In this document: positions 1 through 11,901 of the stretch, in pieces
Layout of the letters: each line of letters starts with the position of its first letter
Numbering within the stretch: the stretch's first letter is position 1
NCBI GenBank assembly: GCA_030704615.1
Contig: CM060732.1
Span: forward strand, 82,460,001 to 82,524,000
From: Takakia lepidozioides
Taxonomy: Eukaryota; Plantae; Bryophyta
DNA: 64,000 bases
Direction: 5' to 3'
The notes under the pieces: model-generated
The model's database searches: none
Seen by the model: only the letters and a program-made list of their open reading frames with translations
Told to the model about the DNA's origin: nothing
Translations under genes and position numbers: made by a program

Positions 1-520
1 GACAAGGGTGTCCGATGTCCCCCTTTCTCTTTCTTAGAGCAGCAGATGGTTTGGGTCACTTACAGGATAATAGAAAAGACTCCTTGGGTCTGGTTGTTCC
101 TAATTCCCCGAATGACTTTTCCACTTCCATTCGCTCTTCGCTATATGCTGATGACACATCATTGTTCATTAACAACTCTTCTCTTTCCAATGTCCATGCG
201 GCTCTCAACTCGTTGAAGGCATTCTATGCAGCCTCGGGTCTCAAAATCAATTGGAATAAATCTGTTGGTTTATTAAATCGACTGGCAGACCCATCTGTTG
301 CAGCTCACATTGCCCCATGGGGCATTGAATTTGGTTTAAGATGGCTATTGGATGGGGAATTGCACGAGCTCTTAGGTCAGTTAGTGGGAACTGATCTCTC
401 AGATGATACCAGGTTTGTTGCGGTCCTTACAAAACTTAAAAGGAAGCTTGCACATTGGTGTTCCTTGCATCTGTCACTCGTGGGTAGAGCTTTAATTGTT
501 GACCAAGTGCTCTTGGCTAG
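1..520 (+). pseudogene. L1-clade LINE reverse transcriptase fragment
   Basis: Reads QGCPMSPFLF...SSLYADDT...ASGLKINWNKS...LSLVGRALIVDQVLLAS, which are non-LTR RT motifs; truncated where the PPR fragment begins. Confidence 0.9.
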
Positions 521-972
521 TATTCAACACTATGGCTGAACGAGATGTGGTGTTGTGGAGTGCGATGCTTGCGGGGTATGCACAACAGGGGTGTGGGATG
601 AAGGCTCCAACCTATGAGCAAATGATGGGGGAAGGGGTGAAGCCCGCCGACATAAGGTTTGTGTGTGTTTACAGTGTGTCTGGCAGCCCTAGAAAAGGAC
701 AAAGAGATCCTTGGTGGCATGATCAAATCTGCAATTGTTCCAGATGTCATCCTGAACATTGCTATGGTGGCCATGTATGCCAAATATGGTAGCATTGAGG
801 ATGCCAAGGGAGTGTTCAACACTATGGCTGAATGAGATGTGGTGTTGTAGAATGTGATGCTTGTAGGGTGTGCAGAGCAAGGGCGTTGTATAAGGCTTTG
901 CAGACCTGAAAGCAAATGATAGGGGAAGGGGTGAAGTTCGACCACATCATGTTTGTGTGCGTTTGCAGTGCG
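521..972 (+). pseudogene. Degenerate PLS-type pentatricopeptide repeat (PPR) fragment
   Basis: VFNTMAERDVVLWSAMLAGYAQQG...EGVKP...MVAMYAKYGSIEDAKGVFNTMAE*DVV in shifting frames, with frameshifts and stops; similar to the PPR pseudogene at 21.3-22.1 kb. Confidence 0.85.
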
Positions 973-1470
973 TGTCACGGACATAGCCCAGAGGAACTTA
1001 CCAGGAGTAAATACCAAAAGTTACCAAGTTGTCATGTTATCAAAAGTTACCATGACTTATCGTGATTTACCATGATTTATCATGATTTACCATTACTTAC
1101 CAAGTTACCGGGAGTTTACCAAATTACCAAGAGTAACTTGGGAAACTACTCAGGAAGCTTCATTTGGAATAAACTTCTCCATCAAGATACCTCTTTTGTT
1201 TAAGGAAGCTTCTCCATCAAGAAACCTTTGTTTAATCTTGGAAACTTCTCCAGCAAGAAACCTCTATAGGGGAAGCTTCTTGGGGAAGCTTCTTAGTAGC
1301 CAGTATATATAGGAGGCGAGACTCGACACTCTTCAGTCTCGCCAACACAAGTTCAAGCTACTCTTGTTCCAAGTCCAGTACTTCAGTCCAGCTTCCAGTA
1401 TCCAGTCCAGTTTCCAGCATTTCAGTATCCGAGTCGAGTTCCAGTATTTTGTACTCTTTGTCCATTGTTA
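973..1470 (+). repeat. Putative 5' LTR of the Tcn1-like element, with short TTACCA(A/T)G repeats
   Basis: TG start, TTACCA-type repeats at 995-1140, TATATATA at ~1304, hairpin GGCGAGACT...AGTCTCGCC at ~1314-1343. The 3' boundary is uncertain because there is no second LTR for comparison. Confidence 0.5.
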
Positions 1471-1613
1471 TAAAGATCATCTTGATTCATGTTCACCTAC
1501 CATGCATTCGGCCATGCCGACCTTGACTTCTTGTCTAGTTTTGTACCTCTAGTCTGATCACTTGTTTGTGTTCTGTCATGTTCTCGTCCAAGTTTGTTCG
1601 TTAGTTAGTTAAG

Positions 1614-2655
1614 ATGGAAGGCACATTTGCAGAAATGGTCGCCACATTGCAGAGTCTTCAGCTCCAGATGCAAGAACTTCGTACCTCTACCACCCAATTG
1701 CAAGCTGATCAGTCTCAAGATCTTGGCAACGCTCTTCACAATTTGCAACAACAAATTTCAGAGTTAAAGGAGTCGAACAATGGATCTTCAACCATACAAG
1801 TCCCTACTGCAACAACTCCTACTGCAATGGTTCCTCTTCAACAGATTACGAGAGAACCAAAGATTAGCATGCCCGAGAAATTTAATGGGACGAGATTAAG
1901 ATTTCGCGGTTTTGTTCAACAAGTACGACTGTTCCTACGACTACATCCACAACGCTATCCCGATGAAGGTATTCAGGTGGGATTCGTGGGCACCCTTCTG
2001 TCAGGCACTGCCCTATCTTGGTTTGCACCGCTATTAGAAAAAAAAATCGCATTTACTATACAATTTTGAAGCATTCATGTCCGAGTTCACTGCAACGTTT
2101 GGAGAAAATGATAGAGAGAGAGTTGCAGAAACAAAGATGCGAAATCTTCGACAAGGAGCACGTCCTGCTTCCGTTTATGTTGCCGAATTTCGACAACTTG
2201 CGTGCGACCTCAACTGGAATGAGAAGAGCCTTATTAGTCAGTTTCGATGTGCACTAAAAGATGATGTAAAAGATTTGTTGCTAACAATGCCAAACGTGAG
2301 CACACTGAGTGAATTCATCACCCAAGTCATTGCATGCGATAATCGTTTGTTCGAAAGACGTCAAGAGAAGCGATCTGGATGGTTTACAACGCATCATGCC
2401 ACTGCTACTACGACACCAAACACAACGATCCATCAGACATCCAGTAGTGATCTTATGCAGATTGATGTTGTCCGATTCAAGCCATTGACATCACAAGAAA
2501 AACAAAGACGGCGCTCGAATAGATTATGCCTCTATTGCGGAGAAGAAGATCACATAGCATTAAACTGCCCCAACAAGAGAAGATTCAAAGCTCGGGGCAC
2601 AACTCAAGTGTTTGATACGAGGAGGTCAGAAAACGAAGATGTCCAGTCACAGTAG
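1614..2655 (+). pseudogene. Gypsy gag (frameshift at A-run ~2040)
   Basis: REPKISMPEKFNG...ALSWF...LRQGARPASVYVAEFRQLACDLNW and a CCHC knuckle CLYCGEEDHIALNC. Confidence 0.9.
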
Positions 2656-2660
2656 GGACC

Positions 2661-3264
2661 ATGTGGCTGGACACCACAAATTCCTTTCCGAAAAAATGTC
2701 TCTTTCTACCTCCAGACCCTGCACCTTGCTTCACAGTTCTGGTAAAAATCAGAGTGCAAAATCGAGATATGACTGTAGAAGCACTTTTGGACTCAGGAGC
2801 TTCAGCTTGTTTCATAGACAAAAACTTTGCGAAGCAAAACAATTTAACGCTCGTAAAGAAGAAACTCGCGGCCCCCGTTGAAGTTATCGATGGACGACCA
2901 TTAACATCAAAAAATGTGGACCATGAAACTCGACCACTTGAAGTGAAGCTTAAAGATCAAGCATTACATATTGTTTTCAATATCATCCAGTCTCCAACGA
3001 ATCATGTGATCCTTGGACTTCCCTGGTTCATACTTCACAATCCCGACATCGACTGGCGATCGCGAAAAATTTCTACAAGACAAAAATGTAGAAATATCAA
3101 AGGTATTCACTCTGTTCCTTGGAGCTAGAGCTTTCATGAGAGCTATAAAAAAAGAGGTGACATTTGCACTTTATGCGACTCCGATCAAGACCACAACAGA
3201 CAAAGGTACTTCAACATTACCCACTCAATATCAAGATTTCAAAGATGTCTTCGAGAAGAAAAAT
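2661..3264 (+). pseudogene. Gypsy aspartic protease and start of RT
   Basis: ALLDSGASACFID...VILGLPWFILHNPDIDW, followed by LPTQYQDFKDVFEKKN. Confidence 0.9.
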
Positions 3265-5317
3265 AATCCCCTCCAGAAATTTGATATGAACTATGGTCCT
3301 CAATCAGATACGATGTCCTTCGGGAGTCCATGAATGCGGTAGATATTATTGAGGAAGAGTCTTGCAGTTTCCTCGCCGGTAACCGTTTTATTACATGGAA
3401 TGAAATGTGTCATCTTCGTAAAACGATCTACAATAACAAGGATTGAATCGGTGGTCTTGGAAATTGGAAGGTCCGTAATAAAGTCCATAGACACGGACGA
3501 CCATGGACCTTTGGGAATAGGTAATGGTTGAAAAAGGCCGTAAGGTCGATGTCGTGGTCCCTTCACTCTAGCACACGTGTCGCAAGATTTTATAAATTCG
3601 TTCACGAGTTTCCACATTTGCGGCCACCAATAGTCCCTGGATATCAACTCCAATATTTTGTTGAAGCCGAAATGTCCTGCAGCCGGAAGATCATGACATG
3701 TTTGAAGAATTCGAAGTCGTGTAGGTCCTGGAGGTACATAGAGAGGTCCCTTGAAGTAAAGTAAGCCATCTATGAATTCGAAGTCGTTTGTAACATGTGG
3801 GTTGTCTCGAGGTTGATTTAGTTGACTTCGTAGTGTCGTAGCAAAATGGTTGCTCTTCAGTGCTTCCTGAATCTCCTTTATGATCTCTGCATCGTCATAG
3901 GTGGACATTGATAGCATATTCAATTGGAGATTTGTTGGTTTCAAAATGATGGATTTTTGTTGGTCAAAAGCTGCATCCCTTTCTTTTGGCGCAAGATACG
4001 ATCGTCCAGAGAGAGTATCTGGTTTTCCTTGAAGATGTCCAGGATGGTAGGTAATAACAAAATCAAACCTTGCTAGTGACATACTCCATCTCGCTTGACG
4101 TCGATTCAAAACACGAGCACTCATAAAATATTCGAGATTTTTGTGATCGGTATAGACAGTGATCTGATGTTTAGCTCCCTCCAATAGATAACGTCACTCC
4201 TCAAAAACATCGATAATCGCTACAAGTTCTTTGTCATGGATTTCATAATTGATCTCCGCAGCGGAAAATTTGCGAGAACGAAAACCAACAGGATGGAGTC
4301 GGCCATCTGTACCGTATTGAGAAAGTACCGCGCCAAGTGCAAAGTCCGATGCATCTGCTTCTAAGAAGAATGGTTTAGATGGGTCTGCATGTACCAGTAT
4401 GGGAGCCGTTGTAAATGCCTGCTTCAGCCTTTCAAATGTCTGGTCAGCCTTCTCGTTCCATACAAATTTGTCCTTCCCTGTGAGTCGTGTCAATGGTGCA
4501 GCAATTTTGGAGTAGTCATTGATGAAGATTCTATAGAAATTTGCAAAGCCCAGAAAATATTGTACATCTCGGACCGAAGTTGGTTTAATCCACTCGATGA
4601 TGGTTTGTATTTTCTTCTGATCCATGAAGACGCCTTTGTCGGAAATAATGTAGCCCAGAAATTCGACCTCAGATTGATAGAAAAAATATTTCTCCAACTT
4701 GGCATATAGTCATTTTTCTCTTAATTTATTAAAGATAAGGCGTACATGGCGGCCATGTTCTTCTTCATTCTGTGAAAAATCAAAATGTCGTCCAAATAGA
4801 TGACTACAAAGTCATCTAAAAATTCTTGAAAGATGTCATTCATCATATGTTGGAAAATTGCTGGAGCATTTGTAAGACCGAAAGGCATAACACTGTATTC
4901 AAAATGTCCATAACTTGTTCGAAAAGTTGTTTTCCATTCGTCTCCTTCTTTTATCCGTATAAGGTTATAAGCTCCTCTCAAGTTGATTTTGGTGAAAATC
5001 TTCGCTCGTCCCAGCTGGTCGAGAAGCCCAGAAATCAGCGGCAACGGATAACGATTCTTGATTGTGACTTTGTTGAGACCGCGATAGTCGCGACACATGC
5101 GTAATGATCCATCATTCTTTTTCACAAACAATATAGGCGCCCCCGCGGGTGATTTTGTATATCGGATGAAGTGCTTCGACAAATTTTCATCAATGTATTC
5201 ACGTAATGCAGCCAACTCCATCTGGGATAAGTTATAGATTGGGCCGAATGGTGGTTGGGCTCCTTCTTATAACTCAATTGCACAGTCATAAGGTCGATGT
5301 TTTGGCAATATGTTTAC
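3265..5317 (-). pseudogene. Inverted pol segment (RT-RNase H-integrase N-terminal part)
   Basis: The minus strand reads [13 protein letters not shown]...DYRGLNK...PFGLTNAPA...YLDD...ADASDFALGAVL...TDHKNL...GHFG...MDFITDLP...SD; the flanking domains are on the plus strand. Confidence 0.92.
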
Positions 5318-5485
5318 ATATTGGATATTAAGATCAACCTCTTTACAGCTAATCATCCACAGACTGATGGTCAAACCGAACGTGTAAACCAGATTTTGGA
5401 GCAATATCTTCGTTGTATGATAAATTATCACCAAGATAATTGGACAGACCTTCTGTCATTGGCTGAGTTTGCCTACAACAACACT
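5318..5485 (+). pseudogene. Integrase core continuation after the inversion
   Basis: [32 protein letters not shown]...LAEFAYNN. Confidence 0.88.
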
Positions 5486-5486
5486 T

Positions 5487-5625
5487 GGAGCGACTTTGAC
5501 ATGGTATTGCCAATGTGACAACAAGGAAGTATCCAGAAACAGATAACAGCTGAGACGAGGAGAAGCTGTGGAATGAATACTTTTTTGACCCCAGTCAATG
5601 GTGGGACAACCGAGGCAAAAACTTC
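5487..5625 (+). pseudogene. Fragment of OSB-type PDF motif (WWDNR) gene
   Basis: EEKLWNEYFFDPSQWWDNRGK at 5557-5619; DNA-level homology to 22480-22615 on the minus strand. Confidence 0.7.
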
Positions 5626-6060
5626 ATGAACTTAAGGCATGAGTGGCTGATTGTTTCATTTTGAACCTGATATGCTTTGAGCCTGGTTCCGGAGATTTAT
5701 CTCCAGACCTGCAATCTGCTTTTGTGATGAGTTTACAATCTACATATATGGTGGTAAATGTTATATATCAAACCAAGGTTCTTTCCTAAATGTGAATGAC
5801 CTAGAAACCTTGTTAGAAAGATGAATGGCTTACGAATTGGACTATGTATGGCTTGACCCATGGATTAAATTTCAAAGGGTTAGAACATGTGTTAGGGTTT
5901 TAATACTGAATGGATGTGGGACATTGCTAGGGCGCCAGAGCATGACATTCCATGCATTTACGCCATTGGATGCCAAACTTTTTTTGGCACGTTGGACCAA
6001 GGTTTGTATGCGTTCACGAACTGCCGACCTTGCTCGTTGCCCGGTTGACCTTATTTTCCA

Positions 6061-6476
6061 TGTCATGGTTTTAGTCATGGTTATCTAGAATTACCTACTT
6101 CTAGTTAACTAGGACATTTTAGATATTTATATTTATACTTTGTGTGTTGGGACTTCATTTGGTCTCACATGCCAAGTGAGGTGTCGAGCCTCACTTGAGA
6201 CATGGAGATAGGTTTTCCCCTTGTGAGTGTTGAGGAGGCTCATCTTCTTGTAGTTGAGCCTCCATGAGCTTCTCTCACCTCCATAGCTCTAGGTATTGAG
6301 AGGGAGTGTGTTGAGGGCTTTGTAGGATTCATTTAGCAAAGGTGCCCTTGGCTTGACTTAGTTTATGTGATAGAGTGGATTTCACTTGGAAGGACTAGGG
6401 CTTGTTCTTCATGTGATTGCTTCATGCTTTGAGAGCTTTCATTGTCTTCTACTTCTCTCATTTCTCATCTCTTATC
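6061..6476 (+). repeat. Terminal repeat A, copy 1 (~416 bp)
   Basis: Near-identical to 16613-17032; I see about two substitutions and one small indel. Confidence 0.95.
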
Positions 6477-7784
6477 ACTATAAGAAGATCACCTTATGCT
6501 TGTGAGTGCGGAGTGTAAGGATTAGTTTTGCACTTGTATTTTAAAGAGGTTGAGAGCTAGGAGAATTTAGCTCTTGTATCACAAGGCTTGCAAGGGGTTG
6601 CAAGGAAAGGTGCTCGAGTATTGCATGCACCAAGGAGTTGGAGAGCTTGAGAAGAAAGCTCTTGAGTCACAAGATTTTGCAAGGACTGTAAGGAGGAAGT
6701 CTTGTGTGTGTGGAAGCATGGATTCTAGGGTTTGAGAATCCTTTGTATGCATTATGGAGTCGATGGTGTGCGCCATGGCTTGTGGAGAGTGACTAAAGAC
6801 TTGTTAGTGCTCATTTCACTATCAAGCTAGGGTTAAGCAAGTTCAAAGTGTGGATGTTGTGGAAGAGAAGCCAAAGAGCTATATATGCTTGGGCTTGAAG
6901 ACAACAAAGGCAAGCACTTGGAGAGCACTAAGAAGCTCAAGAGGTTTTGAAAGGGAGCATGTGAAGAAATCTTCCAATCATGGTGGTGTGGAGCCAAGCT
7001 TAGGGTGCCATTGGAAGGGCTTGGAGAACATGTGGTGGGAAATCCTTGAAGGGAAATCATCATTCAATGTATGCATAGCTTCACCCTAACTATGTAATGT
7101 GACAAGAGGGGGAGGCAATACTTGGCTATTCATGCTCTGGTAGTGCGAGCTTTGTGGTGGATAGTTGACCAAGCAAGTGGTGCATGTGTGGAGCATGCTC
7201 GCTTGAGTTTGTAAGTTCAAGTTTGAGAAGGGGAGCTCTTGAACTAGCAAGAGGTGAAGGCCTTTGAGATCCATTTGTGTGTGAAGTGGAGAGGTGTTGA
7301 TTCATGTTATGATGAAGGAGAGCAACACATAGGCCAAGAGGTCATGAAATATGCATTCAAATGACCACGGAGAGCACATGGATGATGGATTGGTGCAAGA
7401 CCCAAATGAGGCATATGGCGTGAGAGTGGGATCCAAGGCGGATTGCTTGGGAGCATTATTGTAAGTGACAAGCATTGCTCCTACACATTGAGATAATTTG
7501 TGTTGATTTGGAGCAATTGTCAAGTGATGAGGAGACAAATGCATGATTGCTCGGCAATGGATATATGGTAGTTTGCAATCAAATCCCAAGGACTAGAAGG
7601 GGGATTGATTTGGTGGACAATGACTTGCAAGTTGAGTTGGACCACTCTTGGTTGCACATTGGGGTGGAAGAGAGCAAGAAGATGCCTCTTATGACCACCT
7701 AGAGACCATATTTTTGCTTGAGTAGAAGCATAGAAGTCAAGGACTTGCATTCTAGCTCTTCATTACAAACCCTAGTAGTGTATG

Positions 7785-8180
7785 CTCAGACTATACCTCT
7801 GTTAGTATACCAAACAGGAGCTTGTCCCTTTGACTATACCTCTCTTGAGGTATCACCATATGTGAACCCTAATGTGAGACTATACCTCTGTTAGTATACC
7901 AAACAGGAGCTTGTCCATTTTACTATACCTCTATTGAGGTATCACCATATGTGAACCCTAATCAGCTCAGACTATACCTCTATTAGTATACTAAACAAGA
8001 GCTTGTCCCTTTTACTATACCTCTGTTGAGGTATCACCATATGTGGACCCTAATCAGCTCAGACTATACCTCTGTTAGTATACCAAACAGAACCCTCATT
8101 TTCAGACTATACCTCTGTAAAGGTATCATCAACATTAGGGACCCTAGCAACCTCAGACTATACCTCTGTTAAGGTATCAA
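7785..8180 (+). repeat. Tandem array of CTATACCTCT-led hairpin units (43-51 bp spacing, ~90 bp higher-order unit)
   Basis: CTATACCTCT at about 7791, 7834, 7880, 7923, 7972, 8015, 8064, 8107 and 8158; alternate units form ATACCTC-N4-GAGGTAT stems. Confidence 0.9.
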
Positions 8181-8204
8181 CAGTGAAAGGACTTAGTGAA
8201 ATTT

Positions 8205-8335
8205 AAGGGCCTTTGGAGGATTGTTTGGAAGATATTTGAGGGCCCTTGGAGGAGTATTTGGAGGATCTTTGGGGTCCTTGGAGGAGTGTTTGGAGGATCT
8301 TTGGGGTCCTTGGAGGACCCTTCGAGGAGCTTTGG
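8205..8335 (+). repeat. Short TTGGAGGA-based tandem repeats
   Basis: CTTGGAGGAGT(A/G)TTTGGAGGATCTTTGGGGTC twice, plus partial copies. Confidence 0.8.
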
Positions 8336-8993
8336 TGGACAATGTTGAAGAGCTCTTGAAGGATTGATTGAGGGATATTGAAGGATACTTGCCACGGCCA
8401 TACAAGCGAGTGGATAGAGACAGGAGGGAGAGTGGTGGGATGAGAGCATTCTGGGGTTAGGAATTGCTTTAGTTTCTCTTCTCCATAGTCTTTCACCCTC
8501 TCTGTAGGCCAAACCTTTCCGTAGGTGGAGGCAAGAGTCAGTCCGGGTTTGGGCTGGGGTGTCGTTGCAGGAGCGACACTGTGGAGTGTTTTTGGTGTGG
8601 GGAGAGTTGCTGTCTTGATTTTCTTGTGTTTGGATCCCCTCCACACCTGCATGCTTGACTGTGCGCCATGTTAGCTTTGTGTGGGCGCTTGTTTTCATAG
8701 GAGGTTGGTCCGGATTTGATCACCGGCCAATCCTAGAGTATGCTGTCGGTGGTGAGGCTGGAGTGATGACCAGCAAGACCACCAGTGTTTCTTCTATGGT
8801 GAGGCTGGGTTGATGACCAGTAGACCATAGGAGTGCTTGCGGTGGATGCAGGTGCAGTACAGGTCTATGTTAGAAACCTATTATTTCTGCTTGAACCAGT
8901 AGCCGCAACAGGTTCTTTATCCGGTTACCTTGTAGAAAGTGGGGATTAGAGACAGGTTGACAACCGGTTGGGTTGTGAGTTTTCATCACGGAG

Positions 8994-10787
8994 GTGCCAC
9001 CAGCTGCTGAGGGGAGTGCCGGTACAAGCACCAGCGATACTAGTGGGTACACAAGACAAGGTGTGCGGTTTAGGCCACTTTCACCTTCAGTGTCTTCTGA
9101 GGAAGGTTCAGACTCGGAGTCAGGAGGATTCTCGCCAGGGTGCAAGTCATTTCCGTGCCATTGTTGTGGGACACGATGGAGGAGATGTATGGAGCTACCA
9201 AGGGGCCACGTAGGTACTCTGGAGCTGTGGGCACCATCGAGCTTGATGACTTTATACAAGAGTTTGACAGTTGGTGTGATTTGCAGCAAATGCGCAATCC
9301 ACAACTGTTTACGCCCTTTATGGTGTGGAAGGGGCTATTCCAGCACCTTGAGGGGCCGCCCATGGATGATTACCATGAATTTAGGCGGGAGATTGAGGAG
9401 TGGCAAGAGTATTGGTCACCTAACTATGTCTCAATCACTAGAGGCACAAGGGCAGCGGTGACACCAGCAGCTACACAAACATCTCCAACTACAAGCACTA
9501 GTAGTGGAACAAGTAGTGCCGACACTTCTGCAGGTGGTACCAGTTCAAAAGGTGTTACTACTCCTCCTGCCACAATTACAACACATGTGCCTAGATTTAA
9601 CCCGGTGGTGGAGTTCTTCCAGGAGTTGCGGAGGAACTACCAAGGTGTACGGACAGAGAAGCTGCGAAGTTTGCAAGACTTCCAGCGCAAATCCAGTGAG
9701 AGCTTGCGAGAGGCCTACACTCGTATGAGGCGCTTGATAAGTGTGACCCAAGGGGTTACTGAAGCTCAGGCAGTCCAGTTCTGGTATGGAATTTTGGACA
9801 AGGAGCTCAAGAGAAGGGTGCGGGATGCAACCCTGTTACAAGCGGCCCAACCCACATTAGCGGATGTGTTTTGCTGGCTGAGCGGATTGAGCTCAACATG
9901 GTGGAGGAGCGAGTTGTTACCATTGGATTTGGCAAGGACATGCCTGCACGAGGTGCAGCTGCCAGCCAACAGATACAAGGGACTGCCCAACAGCGTGGTC
10001 AGGGGGCAAGATTGCCCAACCCAAGTTCCATGGAGCTTACAGGGGACCTCAGGTGCAGAGGCCCGTGGCATCTTTTGCAGGCCAACAACAACCAGGGGTG
10101 ATATGTTGGACATGTGGAGGACCCCATGTCAAGAGAGATTGCCCAGAGAGTGGCAGAAGGCCGGCACAAGCACAGCCTGCACAGTTGCAGTGTGGGCATT
10201 GTGGTAAGTATGGGCATGGAGATGCCCAGTGTTATGACTTGCACCCTGAGTTGCGCCCAGGCCAGTTCCAAGGGAACAATGGTGGCCGGGGGCGAGGTGG
10301 ACCAGCCCAGAGAGGACGAGGTGGTCGGGCACGAGGTGCAGGCCAAGGGCAAGCTCAACATGGCCAAGGACGCGGAGGTCAGGGTGTTGACCAAGACATG
10401 GCCAACCGGCTTCAGCAGCTAGAGCAGAGGCTCGCTGCCATGGCTACAGCTCAGGTGGTACCGGCTCCCAGGCGGGATGGTCCACCTCCTGCTCCTGAGG
10501 GAGGAGATATGGGAGGCATGGGATTCATGTGCGGAGCAGCACTACCACTAGTGCAGGTGGAGTCTGCTGCAGCCGTGACTCGAGGAGCATCACGAGTTCC
10601 TGAGCCACGAGGTGCAGAGGTGAAATTGGATCCACAGCGTGGGGAGGCAAGCCGTCAGGCGAGGCTTCCTCAGTCATTCACATTGGCGGAGACAGTGTCG
10701 ACGCCATCCATGGCACCTAGTTCTCGCCCGACTGTTACCGAGGCGGAGGTTACTATGCCATTGGGAGAGCTACACGTGCAGCACTGA
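8994..10787 (+). pseudogene. Gypsy gag with two CCHC zinc knuckles and an RGG-rich region (frameshifted)
   Basis: YSG...LDDFIQEFDSWC...LQDFQRKSSESLREAYTRMRRL...QFWYGI; CWTCGGPHVKRDC and CGHCGKYGHGDAQC; GRGRGG tracts. Confidence 0.85.
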
Positions 10788-10842
10788 CACCTGCTACCAA
10801 GGCTAGTGCAGCCGGTGTGTTATTGGGGGCAGCCACCTCTGT

Positions 10843-11733
10843 GTGTCAAGCCCACTGTTCTCGGCAACCATGATTGCGACGCCGGGGGTAAGACCAGCTG
10901 CAGTGTTCAGACTAGCAGCAACACTCTGCGAGAGTGGGGAGGTCACTTCATCTTCTGCGGAGTTACTAGAAGGTCTAGTGGTAGAGGGATCCTCGGATTT
11001 GAGGGTCAAGACTGCCACGGCTACGCCATGGCAAGCTGCAGCTGCCAGGTTGACGGAGCTGCCAGCTAGGCCAGCCTTTGAGCGCGCCATGGTGACACCT
11101 GGAGTTGTCTTGTTAGACAACCAGGGAGGCATTTTCACTTTGAGTGGACCGGCAGGCAAGAAGTACCGGCCACTGCGGGTCTTGTTGGACTCAGGAGCTC
11201 AGCCACTGATGTTGGGCAGAGCTGCTATTGCAGGTTTGGGCCTCATGGAGGCGGATATGGAGCCTTGTCCTTTCCAGATACAGACATCTCTGGGAGGATC
11301 AGAGCAGGCTCGGGGCATGACACGATGTGAGTTGGCCATTGGACTACAACCAGATCATCCTGTAGATGGCTCAGTGATGCGAGCCAAGGCCATTGTGACA
11401 GACGCGGTCTCTTACGATGTCCTTGTTGGTGGGGCAGTGTTATATCCCATGGGCTTCAACCTGGACTTTTGGGAGGAATCGGCATCCTACAGGCCTGGAT
11501 GGCAGTCAGGGGATGGTCGTCGTGCACATCTCCCTGTGACATTCATTGGGGGTATTGCGGCTGCCCAGCGGGGCAAGATGCCAACACTAGCCGCCTTTAC
11601 AGCTGTAGTTAGTTGGCTTGGAGAGTTGCTGGAAGGCAATGCCCATGCAAAGGATGTGCCACCTCCAGCAGAGCAGGATGACATGCATGGTACGGCGGAG
11701 TTGCCTGCCATGGTTGCTCACACTCCATTATAG
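10843..11733 (+). pseudogene. Retropepsin-like aspartic protease region
   Basis: LRVLLDSGAQPLMLG...SYDVLVGGAVL. Confidence 0.85.
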
Positions 11734-11901
11734 GGTACGAGCAAGGATTTGCAGCAGGCTGCTGATGGACGGGTACAACAAGCCTGGGTAGAGGCCTTCG
11801 TACCGTCAGGAGAAGAGGAGAGTGCGGTGATTGCACCAGGACCACCTCAGTTGTCGCCATTGGACACCACACCTCTTGTGTGGCAGTGCCCGGATGAAGG
11901 C

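Larger units (their letters stand above)
973..5485 (+). mobile_element. Ty3/Gypsy (Tcn1-like chromovirus-type) LTR retrotransposon, truncated, with internal inversion
   Basis: Begins TGTCACGG where PPR homology stops; then gag, protease (LLDSGA), RT (YLDD), RNase H and integrase. The 3' part of the integrase and the 3' LTR are missing. Confidence 0.85.

Noticed and set aside
5511-5520. TGTGACA as the 3' LTR end of the Tcn1-like element
   Set aside because: No LTR homology precedes it, no TSD matches, and it lies inside the segment homologous to the PDF-motif exon region.
7785-8180. CRISPR-like array (palindromic repeat with regular spacing)
   Set aside because: The intervening sequences are themselves repeated rather than unique spacers, there are no cas genes, and the context is a eukaryotic retrotransposon leader.
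6579-8723. Short ORFs on both strands in the element leader (env-like or antisense gene)
   Set aside because: They are short, motif-free and partly generated by tandem repeats; no consistent frame.
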